From Trypethelium eluteriae (taxonomy: Eukaryota), in NCBI GenBank assembly GCA_051942245.1, contig JAVECL010000142.1, positions 1-44,441 of the forward strand: 44,441 nt of DNA, in the 5' to 3' direction. The position numbers and the translations under genes were made by a program. Positions 1 through 11,800 of this stretch are shown here, one piece after another; the first letter of the stretch is position 1, and each line of letters starts with the position of its first letter. The notes under the pieces are model-generated. The model did no database searches, was not told the origin of the DNA, and saw only the letters and a program-made list of their open reading frames with translations.

Positions 1-569
1 ATGCATCACTTCGGATTTGATGCGGGCTTCGGTAGCGTCAGAGCCTGAAGTACCGCCTTTGGGGAGGGTGGTGCTTGGGTGGTCGTTGGCTGAGACGAAT
101 GGAGCAGGACCGCTGGACTCAGGTGGATCGCGGGAAAGGTTGGCATAGAGACCAATCAGAAGTTGATTGTGAAGGCGTGAGAGGTCGAGCGATTGAGAGG
201 GCGTGGGTTGGGAGAGTAGAGGGTTGAGGGTGGTATTCAATTCAGCGGGCGTGAGGTGGCCTGAACAAAATATTAGAGCTGAAAGACTGTATATTTCGCA
301 ACTGTAGATTGGAGAGAGGGCAGAAATGCAAGTGAACGTCGGCTACCTTGCACGAAGTCGCTGATTGCCTCTTTGTATTTGCTCCATCCTTCGCCAATAC
401 CCTGCTTCAGCGCTGTATAAATGGGCTCAATATCAACGCGTGGCGCTTTCTTCTTTTCCGGCTCGGTAGGTCTTGTCGTAGGCGTTGGCAGCGAAGTCGA
501 TGCGAGTAAAGGGGTGGACGGGCCATGATGAGATATGCTATCGGTGCGCTGTAGGTCTGCCGGGTTCAT
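1..569 (-). CDS. HFI1: SAGA complex subunit Ada1/Hfi1 (5' part; runs off the left edge). Exons 569-347 and 260-<1
   Basis: ATG at 569; intron 346-261 (GTAGCC..CTAAT..TTCAG) joins PRVDIEPIYTALKQGIGEGWSKYKEAISDFVQG in frame to HLTPAEL..RLHNQLLIGLYANLSRDPP..FVSANDHP..GSDATEARIKSEVMH, which matches my recollection of Pezizomycotina Ada1 (SAGA-Tad1 family). Confidence 0.85.
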
Positions 570-823
570 GGCTGAAAGTGGTAGAGGTGGTGGGCGAGAC
601 ACGTTGCGCTGTCGCTATCGAGAAGCGCAGAAGACTGCAGAAGATTGGTCAGGAGCATTGGAGGTCGAAGCGCACGTGGATCGCTCAGGACGATGTGGAG
701 GGATTTCGAGAATATGTGCGTGCCGAGAAGCTGAAGACAATCCGTAGGGTTCGGACTTAGAGGTTTGGAGCGAGGGGAGGAGGTTGCGGGCGGTTGGTCC
801 CGCAGAGCCTCAACCTTGAACCA

Positions 824-853
824 AGCACCAAGAGCACCAAGAGCACCAAGAGC
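824..853. repeat. 9-bp tandem repeat (AGCACCAAG)x3.3 upstream of ADA1
   Basis: Directly visible: agcaccaag agcaccaag agcaccaag agc. Confidence 0.9.
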
Positions 854-1518
854 GAGAGTCACACTTCACAGCTCGTATGTCACTGAGGTATATACGTATA
901 GGGAGCTACTTGTCTGGTTCCTGATGATCACACCAGGTAGTTACGCACCACATTATTTTGGAGAAGGTCTGTGATCTGTAATCATCTTCGAGTCCATTCA
1001 ATTTTATACACAGGACAGTCTATCGCCCAGACACAGTGACCGCTTCTATCTCAAGCCCCATCTTCATGTGATGTTAAATACATCCTCGTCATCTCCCATA
1101 CGAGTTCAAGAGAATGACATCGTGTTGTTGAGCATCGCGCCCACAAATCTTTCATCTACCCCGATTTCGAACACCTTGTCCATTCTTAACGCCTCATCAG
1201 AAATCGTGAAGCCAGGAAGTCTGTGACTTCTCAAGCAAAAATCAGCTCGTGTGCTGAACCCAGTGGTCTCGGTTTTCCTCTTTCCAGAAAAGCAACTTCC
1301 CCTGAACACCGACTCTCATCATTGTCTTAACATAAAACAGGATAGAAGAAACAGCAAAGGAGAGCGTTATCACAAACACAGCGCTAAAACGCAGTATGAA
1401 GATTCCCAAGCCAGGCAGTCACTAAGGAGCCTGCACACCATGGGGTATTCATGAAGATGGACCGTTGAAAGGTCTCTCTTGGCTCAGAGGGATGGCATGT
1501 CTCACTAGAAAGGTAGAA

Positions 1519-4500
1519 TCATATTGGATCCCACCCCATCTCATCCTCTCCCTCGTCCACATTCCCCGACCCACCTTCCTCATCCACTCTCGGCCCGGGA
1601 CCCAACCCCCACCCAACCTCCGTCCTCATCCCCCCGTTCTCATCAACCCCCTCCTCCGGATGAACCACAACGCTCCGCCCAATCGCCACCGTCTTCGTCC
1701 TTCCACTCAACGGGATCTGATACTTGAGCACACCGCGCACGATCAGCTCAAACGGCCAATCCAGCACCTTCTCCCAGCGCGCGCTGCCCCCGGCCTCGGT
1801 CTTGTTCCCAGGCTTCTCGAGACGCAGCTCGCCCACCGAGTAGTGCGCGTGGTGCTTGATCGGCGAGCCGTCGAAGGAGAGGGCGGAGTCGAAGTGGAAG
1901 ATACGACCAAGCAGCATGGTGGAGGAGTCGCCGGACGGGTCGGGAATCGGGTCGGTGCCTTTGTCGATGCCGTGGTCGTCGTCTGGGTCCCACCATGGTG
2001 GCCAGCCCGACGAGAGGACGGAGGTGGTGGAGGGGCTGGACTGGGGTGTTGGGAGAGGAGAGGGAGAGGGAGAAGAGTGATCGGCGGCGCGACGGCGGTG
2101 AGTGCTGTACGGGGTGGAGGAAGGCGAAGATGGATCACTAGCGATGTGTTTGCTCTTCGCGAAGATGTTGACATCCATGTCGGTGATGGAGACGGTGATA
2201 ATGTTGGGATTGATGGCCTCAACGAGGAGGTCGAGCATGAGTTCTTGCTCGCTTGCTAGCACGTTTTGAATCTCCTTGATGCTGACATCGTACAGAGGTT
2301 TGGTGGTGGCAAACAAGAAGCCAACCGCGCCGATAATCACCAAAGCCAGCATTACGGCGACGATGATCCAGCCAAAGAATCGAGCAATCCAGCTCCGTCG
2401 CCTGTTCTGGTAGTAATCCATCTGTCGAAGACTGGCACTTCCGGGTCTTGGTCGGTGAGTTCTATTCCGTGGTGTACGTACTGTACCCATTAAGGGGGTC
2501 CGTTCATCATCGGCACCCTCAACATCAATGTCAAAAGGAACTTCACCATTCTTCTTAGTTCTATGAGGAAAGTGGTCTTGACTTGCACTGGCGGGACGGG
2601 AGCTCGGCCGGGACCTTATGTGCTTTGTAGCTGAGAATGGAACGTCTGTATCGAGTACAGGTGTGTGTGTCCCTGCACTTCGCCCATGTCGTCCAATGTG
2701 ATGATGCAGATGTGTTCCGCTACCTCCTGCCGTTCTTGAGTGACTTGACCGAACGGTATCGTTTCGATGGTCGGGACTGTCAGCATCGTTGTAAGCACTC
2801 GAGAATTTCATGCTTCGCTTGCCCGTAACTCTATGTCCACTGGCCAGCGCATCGCCGATAGATCGTGAGCCGCCTCTGCGATCAACCTGGCTCGCAATTG
2901 ATGCCACACTAGGTGTCCGAGAGTGATCTCGTGGTCGAGTATGCGTCTCGGGTTGGTTATCATACACGTAAGTATCGTCCGAATCCGAGGAGTTCGCTTC
3001 GTCTACCGCGCTGGCAACTTTGGCTTCGAAAATATCTGCTTTGGAGGATGCTTTACGCAGATTAAAGTCAGTAAATCTCCGTAGTGTTGGTGAGAGTATT
3101 CTTGGCGTTTCTGCGTCCGCAGGAGACAAGAGAGGGGTTTGTGGCATTCCGCGATTTGTTGAAGACGAGCAGTGATGTTGAAGGAGTCGTGAAGAATTTG
3201 CTGAATGAAAACCTGGACGATTTGGTGTGCCAGACGCCTTATTATCGGCGTCTTGCTGTTGATCAGACGAAGAAAAGCAATGATAGTGAGACCCACCGGT
3301 GCCTGACTGAATTGAAGTTTGTTTGCGTGAAGCCTTTTTGCGATCTTTCTTTGGTCGAATAGTCTCTGTGCTTGGTTTCAATCTCAAGCTACCAGGACCT
3401 CCTTCGCCTCGCGAATTTCCGGATCGCTCACTACCGCCACTCAATGTCGCTTGCGGGACTGAACTAACCGTCTCGGTTTCGACCGTCATGTTGCCGGGAT
3501 TCTCTTGGCCGGATCGAGCTTTGGCTGGTGCGAGCGGACCGTACTGCCTTTGAGCCGAATGCGTCTTGGGGCGTTGCCCGCTTTGTCCATTTTGACCATG
3601 TCGCCTACCTCTCCCATCACTCTTGTTTCCACCGCTCTCGCTCTCGCTCTCAGTTGTCTTGGAAAGTTTGTCGCCAGATTCTTCGGTGCTATCTTCTGAG
3701 ATAGTCGGCGGCCGATCTTCTTCGGAGCTACGGGTCGTTATCCTGCCAGAGGCATTTCTGACATACTTTTATTAGCGAGCTTTGTATCTGAGACGACGTA
3801 CGCAACTCTCACCTTTCGGCAGCAACCGGCTGAACACCACCCTTGACGGGAGAATTGTTTTCCTGCACTGTTTCTAGGGCGGTCGATTTCGACGTCTTTG
3901 GGGGTGTAGGAAATGATTCATCGGATTGCGCGCTAGGGGGCTCGCTAGCAGTGCTGCTGGCAGGTGTGTTAGACCCAGGTGTTGAACGTTGAATGACGAT
4001 ACTCGGTGTAACAGGCGCAGATGCCGAATCTGTCTTTCGTTGAAGCTGAGTTGAAGGATTGAGTAAAGAGTTCCGGCGTGAACCTGCTGAGGGTGATGGT
4101 GACTTGAGTCTCGGTGATACTGGCCAATGAGGAGGAGCGGCTTCTGAGCCCGTCGCGACACTGCCAGTGGTCTTCTGAGGCTTTGGCAGTTTACTCTGAG
4201 GATCCGGAACTGCGATTTGGTGTAACGACGGTGCAGCGGCAGAAGACAGAGCTCGCTGGATTGCAGCAGCTGATGGGACGGTCTGGTGAGTTGTTGCCGA
4301 GGTAGGAGGTCGACTGGGACTCATTTCGTGGCTGTTATTCCTCGACTTGATTCCCTTGGATGTATTTGGTAGTTCTGGTCTCGACATTGGCCGGGTGGGC
4401 GAGGTGTTGCGGGAAGACCGTGGTGAATCTCGTGGCGAGGTAGTACCAGATGCCGGAGCAGTGAATTGTTTGACAGGTGCGGTCGCAGAGGCAGGCGACG

Positions 4501-4672
4501 TCGTAGAAGGCGACTCATTCTTGATATTGTCACTCTTACTTCTTCCGGGCTCGGCTCCATTTTTGCCTGAAGAGGAGCCCATTCTGCTCTGGGATTCCGG
4601 ATCAGAGGCATCGGAGCGGACCGCAGGAGGTCGGGAGTCTGGCGAGGTGAGAGTCTCGTTTTGGGATGTCAT
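1519..4672 (-). CDS. VAC7: Vacuolar segregation protein Vac7 (Fab1 PI(3,5)P2 kinase regulator). Exons 4672-3813, 3757-3297, 3050-1519; ~950 aa (1032 aa if the second intron is retained)
   Basis: Intron 3812-3758 (GTGAGA..GCTAAT..TCAG) joins the 287-aa and 656-aa ORFs in frame; motifs MTVETETV, ASSKADIFEAKVASAVDEANSSDSDDTYVY, DDERTPL, a single TM helix and luminal TKPLYDVSIKEIQNVLASEQELMLDLLVEAINPN..WPFELIVRGVLKYQIP typical of Vac7. Confidence 0.9.
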
Positions 4673-5653
4673 AATGAGCGATTCGACGAAGGTGGCGTGT
4701 CTGGATAGGCCCGTTGCTTCATTGCCGAAGCGAAGACCGTCCGGGGAGATTGGCGGTCAAATCGGGACGGCGTTGGCGAGGTCGAGAGGGTCCATGGGAA
4801 TAGGAGAATGCAAGCGACGCAGGCACGAGCAGAAGCAGGAGCAGGCGTAGACGCTTGTTTGACGATGCTTGGTGAGCGGAGTGAAAGATATGCAGCGAGC
4901 CTTGACGCGGCGGCGTGTTGTTGGAGGATATAATGGAAGGAGAGAGAGCAATGTGGCTAGTGCGCGATGGACGGAGGGGAGAGGAAAAGCGCGTTCCTGA
5001 TGGGTTGGTGGCACATGTGCGACACTGCAGTGAGGCTTTGGCGTCTTCTTCGAATGGGATTCTTGCTTGCCCCTTGGTCCGGTCGCTGCAAGTGCTGACA
5101 ATTGCCTCGCCAGAGCGATGTTCCTGGGCCTGGTCAGCACCAGTCTGCACCGAGTCTCCGTTCCAGCACCAGCACCACGGCCGAGGCAGCGAACCCATGT
5201 TCACCTCAGCCAGCTGCCATCCGTGCCAGGCTGAATAATGGCGCACCAGCCGCTGAGCCGGCTGACGATTCTGCCTATGACGGGACGGTATTTCCTCGAT
5301 TCCCCTCCATACCGCTTTAGGACAAACAAAAAACAATTATGAAACTGCTTGATCCCGGCCCAAAACTGCGGCAGTAATCCTTGGTGCTTCAGTTGTCTTG
5401 CATTGGATATATTTTTGCTATTTTCTAATTACTATTTCTGCTATTTTTGCCATTCTTGCAAGATCGCAACCCCTTCCATTCTATCGGCACGCCTCCAGGC
5501 ACTTGCCATCGCATTCACGCACTATATCTGTCTTGCTCGAGAGTTTGATTCGAGAGATTCGTTTCAAGAAGTTCGTTTTCATCTTGACATGCAAAATACG
5601 CTAAAGGGCTCCCTTATCCCAATGCAACTAAGAATGATCACAATGTCCCAGCC

Positions 5654-8210
5654 TTAAGTCAGGGCCTCATCATCCCACTGGTTCCGGTCATACACACTGC
5701 CTTGTTTGCTTCCACCCGGATCAAGCTTGACAAGGAACTCTGCCGGTACTGTGGGAATGTACTTTCTCTCCCTCTCCTTATTCAACCCTCCGAAGCCAGC
5801 ACCGTAACTGACTAGCATGTCAGTCGAGGTGGGTAGAGTGAACGGAAGCGTTAGTGAAGGGTTCAGGAGAAGGTGTTCAGGTGCATCGTCAAAATCCTCT
5901 TCTTCATGCTGGCTGGGATTGGGCGAAGCATGGTTTGGATCCTGCTTTTCCTGAATTGGCGTTGAAGGCATTGGTCCGGGCTTTTTGTCTCCCAGCACTG
6001 GAGTCTTGTTTGCGCCTCTCCGTTGCTTCGCTTTGCGGTCAGTGGCCTCCGCCTGCAGATCTTTGAGGTATTTCATCGCACTCTTTGGTAGACCTTTCTC
6101 TCCTACCTCAGCACGGTAATGCTTCACAGCGTGTATAAGCTGCTGAGGCGTTAGCCGTGGTAATTGCTGTAACGTCGCAATCAGCGAGTCAACATCCTCT
6201 CCTAGTGACGAGAAGCACTGGAGCCACTGAAGCAGTTGAACGACAGGAGCCAGGTGACGTCTTGCAGAATCCACGAGTGTCTCGCCCGTAGACGTCATGG
6301 ACCCATTCTCATAATGCTCTGCTTGTCTGTTGTTCGTTCGAGCCCAGTCCTCCAGAGTGGACACGTTCATCCGGACCTGCATGGCTTTGGTGCGAGCCAG
6401 ATATTTTTTGTTCGACATGATACGATTAAAGAGCTCTGCTCCTAGCCAGTAGAAGAGCTGCGCCAAAATCTGAGACGTAATCACGGAATGAATGTCGTAT
6501 AGATCCAGCACGAAAAGAGTTGATGAGAGAAGGGACGTGATGTTCTTGGGCGAAATCTGCGCTCTTCTTCGTGGTGACGGCGGTCGATAACTCTTTTCGA
6601 TGGGTTCTGGCGCTTTGGCTTTGTTTTTGGTTTTGAAAATTTTCCATTCGTTTTGGAAAGTCACGTCATCAGTCAATCCGGGTATTGTTTCGTGGTCAAG
6701 CATCGCTGCGTCAAGTACTTTATCCATGCGTCGCTCGGCATCCCTAGTAATGAGGATGAAAATCTCATTGACGAGTTCGGCGATCTGCAATTGAAATTCC
6801 GTTGTGGCCTCAACAAGGCCAGCATCCTTCTTGAGATAGTGCAAGAGCAGGGTCGCATTTGATATCCAGAATGCTAATATAGTCATGTCCCACTGGTGTC
6901 GTTCCACCACAGCATTGATCTTGAGCATAGCACTAACGAGCAAGGCTTCTAATAAATCAGGATTTGCGTGATAGTGCGCATACCGAGCGCTTAGAAAAAG
7001 GATGTTAGCCGGAACCGGCTTCTGCGATGGCGATCTTTGCGGTGTCATATTCGTAATAATTATGTTGAGAATACGGTCAAGATCGCTTTCCTGAAAAACG
7101 AACATTTGATCATTGAGACATCTGTCCCACACAAAGTCCTGCGTATCTTCCAGTTCAGAAGGGGACTATATAAATCAGTAATTTGATACGTGGAGAGCCT
7201 CTTCAACGGCAAAAATCCTACCTCAGGTTGCTCATCCAATCCCAGATTGCCAAGGTCGACTTCGAGATTAATTGCACTCTCCATCATCATACGCCGTTTC
7301 ATTTCATTCTCCGCCATTTCTTCTTCAAACCTGTCCTGGGAGAACCCCGAGTTGTAAAAATCATCAGTCACGCCTGCATTACCGATAGAGTAACCACTCT
7401 CATGCAAGTATTCTGATATTTCACTGTTAGGAGCTACGAAGTCAAAAGCAGTTCGGCCAGTCGAGGACTTGACGTCTGTAGAAGCGCCATGGTCCAGCAA
7501 GATTTTCGCAATATCCTTGTGTCGGTTGGTCATGGCCCACATCAATGCACTCCACTGATTCCGGTCTTGTCGATCCACGTCCGCACCGCTTTCCAGAAGG
7601 TACGCCACGACATCCTGATGACCGAAACAACTAGCGTATATCAAAGAAGGAGTACCCTCCGCATCAGGCGCATTTATGTCAATGAGATCCTTGGCCTCCC
7701 TCGTGAGAAGCCGACGTATTCTATCGACATCGCCGTTGCTTGCTGCCATTGTCAACATACTCTGTAGCATTTCTTTCTTGTCCTCGGAAGAGAGCTTTTC
7801 GTCATTCAGCAGAGCTACCTCATCGATGCCACCGCTATCCTGCAAGCGTGCTTGTGAGGCAAGCATTTGCTCCAACCGACTGTCCGCATCGTCAACTTTT
7901 TGACCAAAGTCCTCTTTCTGATATGGCGAATTATCATTGTCCAGGGACAGATTGAAATTTAAAGGTTGCGCGGGAACGGGCGTCGTCAGAAACTGCGATT
8001 GTCCTGTCGGCTGTCAACGAATATGATTGACGTGAAAAGCGCTGGATTTACAGTACCTTGCCACGCATCGTAAACCTCCGTCTCCGACCTGTAGCTAGGA
8101 AAGTTCTTGCGATCATCAAGGGACCTTGGGAGATCATCTGGCAGTTGACGTGGTCTGGCGTAGCTCTCATCGTACCCATTCTCGTCTCCATGATGGTCTG
8201 CCCCTTCCAT
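5654..8210 (-). CDS. Ankyrin-repeat and DIL (dilute) domain protein. Exons 8210-8057, 8003-7222, 7165-5654; ~815 aa
   Basis: Two canonical introns (8056-8004, 7221-7166) restore one frame; ankyrin repeats (EGTPSLIYASCFGHQDVVAYLLESGADVD, QWSALMWAM); DIL-type C-terminus (QLFYWLGAELFNRIM..KAMQVRMNVSTLEDWAR..LAPVVQLLQWLQ..LTPQQLIHAVKHY). Confidence 0.88.
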
Positions 8211-8868
8211 CTCCGGAATACATGTGGACACCCCGTCCGTAGAAGCACTGAAGCCTAGGCAGTCCACATGGAGGTCTTTTTAGGAACGGGGTAAATTGAT
8301 TGCGACAAACGTGGATAGATGCATGTGGTGCGGAAGTTGCCTTGCAGATTGCCGAGAGCTTCCTTTTGCAAACGCGGATTTAATTTTGGTTGGCGAAGGC
8401 CCAGAAAGCCGAGCTTGTGTTAAAGCTTTTGAGCAATGATGCAATAAATTGACCAGGTTACTTGCGGTCGTACGTGGGATGTTCCATTAAGCTGCTGCGG
8501 GCTGTGTCCCGTCGTACGTGTGGCTTGATCCGCCACGGAAGGGCTAATTGACTAGGTAGGTGTTGAGTTTACTATTCGCGTCAGTCCATTGCGGAGCGCA
8601 TTGTTCGTCGTGCACTCGACAATTAGGGCCCAGCTTACATTCGCCTTTCACGGACGCGCCTTCAAGTCAGGGTCATGCGATCTCAGCTCTATCTTTCACT
8701 TCTTACCCTATCCTCTGGCCATACGACATGTCTGACTTGTAGCGGAGGCCGAGGACCAAGGTGACTACCCAGCTAAGCTCTGCCTCCGGATCACCCGGTT
8801 CCTTGAATCGGACTTGCAGCAGTGATGCTCATGGCAGATTACTGAGCTGGGAGAAAGAGCCACATATC
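8211..8868. promoter_or_regulatory. Shared intergenic region / probable bidirectional promoter between the DIL gene and the histidine kinase
   Basis: Two genes start divergently about 660 bp apart; no specific site identified. Confidence 0.45.
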
Positions 8869-11800
8869 ATGATGACAGCACATGCTGAGGTCTCAGAAGA
8901 TCGGGAACAATCCCCGTCTTCAACTGCCATCCCGCCAAAGTTGGCGAGACTGTTCCACCGACTGGAAGCGAGTGCTCCCGGGTATACTTGGAACTCAGAG
9001 GTGATCCCCTTTCACTCAGTATGTGCATCCCTACAGCTGTGCTTTGACCCATCTAACAAGGGAATACAGAGTTATGATAGCTGGCATGTCTTTGGGACAC
9101 AGCACCTTAGCAACGACGAGTCCTACGACAATCCTCCTACATCCCCAAAGCATGCATCCTCCCCGTCGGCTGACGGAGGTTATAGACCGTCACTCGCATT
9201 CCGCTCGAGCTACTCGGCGACAGATCATGGCAGTGATGAATCCATCAAGTCTTCCAATGCAGGAAACAGTAAGAGGAGTCACATATGGGTTGTAGCTCGA
9301 GTATCTCGTCACGCTCTCCGTCTAGAGCGCGAATTTCAGCTATTCAAGCATGTCACTCGAAATTCGGACCAGGATTCAAAGCATTTCGTTAGACCAATAC
9401 AATTTGTGCATGTTTCGGCTGCTGCAGGTGAAGAGGAACTTGTAGCATCCGTCTTCGAAACACCTGGTCGCAACTACCTACATGACCTGGTATCGTTTGG
9501 CCCCAATTTCTATAGTTTGGGTCAATATGGCGCTGGCTCGAGCGGAAAGACGACGCAAATACCTCTGCAGCTTTTCTTGTCGTTTGCCATAGGCGCTACT
9601 GAATGCTGTGAGATCTTGCACCATGAACACCAGCTGGTCCATGGAGAACTGAGGAGTGATGCGTTCCACTTTTGCCGGGAATCGGGCGAAGTGAAGATGG
9701 TCAATTTTGGCAGTGGCGCTCGTTCTTTTCAGGATGGTCTTACAAGTGCAGGCTGGAGCGCTCTATCTAGGGAGATTGGCGTGGAACACAAATTGCAATT
9801 TATTGCTCCAGAACAGACAGGCCGTCTTCCTGCCGAGCCTGATAGTCGCACTGACATCTACAGCTTAGGGATTTTGTTTTGGACGATGCTTGTAGGAGAG
9901 GCACCTTTTGAAGGAAATACACCTTTAGACATCATGCAAAATGTGCTAAGCCGGAGAATGCCATTGGTATCGTCAAAGCGGATAGGTGTTCCAGAGATCC
10001 TCTCCGCTCTTATACAGAGAATGACGCAGAAGAATCCAGACGATCGTTACAACTCTACGTCGGGTTTGAAGTACGATCTCGTGCGAATCCAAAGGATATT
10101 CAGCGAAGGGGATAGCGAGAGTTTACGGACGTTCAGACTCGGCGAAAAGGATATTTCTTCCTTTTTTATGCTTCCAACCACTCAGGTAGGCCGCGCGGGG
10201 GAACGTCAGATGATTATCGATGTCATAGAGCGCGCTTCCAAGCGACGGCGTCACCAAAATGTGCATGGCAAGAGAAGCCTATGGGGCTCTTCGTCTTCTA
10301 CGACAGATTCTCGACCCGAGCACAACCTATTGGAGGATCAACGCTCTGAATCCAGTAGTTCCACTGGCCGTGACAGCAGGCTGAATTCGTTCAGCAAGTT
10401 ACCAGATCTCAAAAGACTAAACCTCGATTCCCAGGAAAGCATTCCCGAACCCGAAGTTTCAATAACAGAGGAGACCAACGAAAGACCCGGTTTTGAAGCC
10501 AAGAACTCAAGTGATAGCAAGATCTCCTATTACAGCCAAGAAGCTGGTCAGCGCTCTACATCTGCCTATGGTACTAGTGAAGGCTCTGGCTCCAAGCTAA
10601 GAAATGCTCATCGAACGAAGCGAAAAGGGCGCTGCGAGGTCGTTTCAATCTCTGGCGTCACTGGTCTTGGGAAGTCCGTCCTCGTTCAAAGCATCCAGGT
10701 AGCTGCCCGCAGTCATGGGTATCTTGCGTCTGGTAAATTTGATCAAGCTAAACGCGCGCCCTTTGAACCAGTACTCCGAGTCATGTCTTCCCTCTTTCGA
10801 CAAATATTCTCCGAAAGTGACGTTAATACCGAATTTCACAATAATATACGACAATATGTCAAGCCTGTGTGGAGCATACTCCATTCTCATTTGGGGCTGC
10901 CGATCTGGCTGTTGGGCTCCGCAAATGGCCTAGATACTACTCCTTCAAGAACGCTTTCCTCACGAGCTTCGCGGACGGCATCGGAAGATATAACGTCTCC
11001 TACCCTTGGCTCTACACCTCATGTACCAAATACTCTAAACATGCTCTCAAACAATGCGAACCCTCCAAGCGGGACTCATATCACCAATTCAAACGCAACG
11101 GCGGACTGGCTCCGTGCAGGAGGTGCAGCCATGTCTTCTCGCTTCTCCAATACTTTCCTTGATGTCTTACATGCCCTTGCAGTACAGAGATTTATCTGTC
11201 TCTGTCTGGACGATCTGCAGTTTGCAGACGAAGAGAGTCTCGACCTCCTCCTCAATATTGTGGATTCGAAGATACCTATTGTACTTATAATGACTCACAG
11301 GTCGGATGAAGCACTATCTCCAAAATTCCGCACGCTATTACAGTCTGCCACAAAGATTGAATTACGTCCATTCGAAGAGGATGAAACTGCTGAGTATGTG
11401 TCGTCAACACTGCATCGAAGTCAGGACTATATACTGCCTCTTGTTGCCGTTGTCCAAGAGAAAAGCTTGGGGAACCCTTTCATGATAAGGGAAATGCTAA
11501 TGACTTGCTATCGGAACGCAAGTATCTTCTACTCTTGGAAAAATTCACAGTGGGAATATGACCTGGACAAAGTCTTCGCGGAGTTTACTTCTCAAAGCTA
11601 CGGCTCTCAGATCAGCAACGACTTTATCCTCAAGCGCTTGCAAGATCTACCGCATGACGCACGCGCTCTTTTGGCTTGGGCCTCCCTTATAGGAACCCAC
11701 TTTTCTTTCAGTCTCATCAAAGCACTGATGAGCTGCGAAGATCCAACAAGTCTCAAGGTTGCCCCCGATCTTCCACTTGTGCGCTGCCGCAATCCAGTTG

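Noticed and set aside
1465..2259. 264-aa + strand ORF and other overlapping ORFs
   Set aside because: Antisense shadow of the GC-rich VAC7 3' end; no motifs
4719..5336. 205-aa and 127-aa ORFs upstream of VAC7
   Set aside because: No recognisable motifs or coding-like composition; probably promoter/5' UTR
8761..8868. GTG start for the histidine kinase given by the ORF track
   Set aside because: Eukaryotic gene; first in-frame ATG is at 8869
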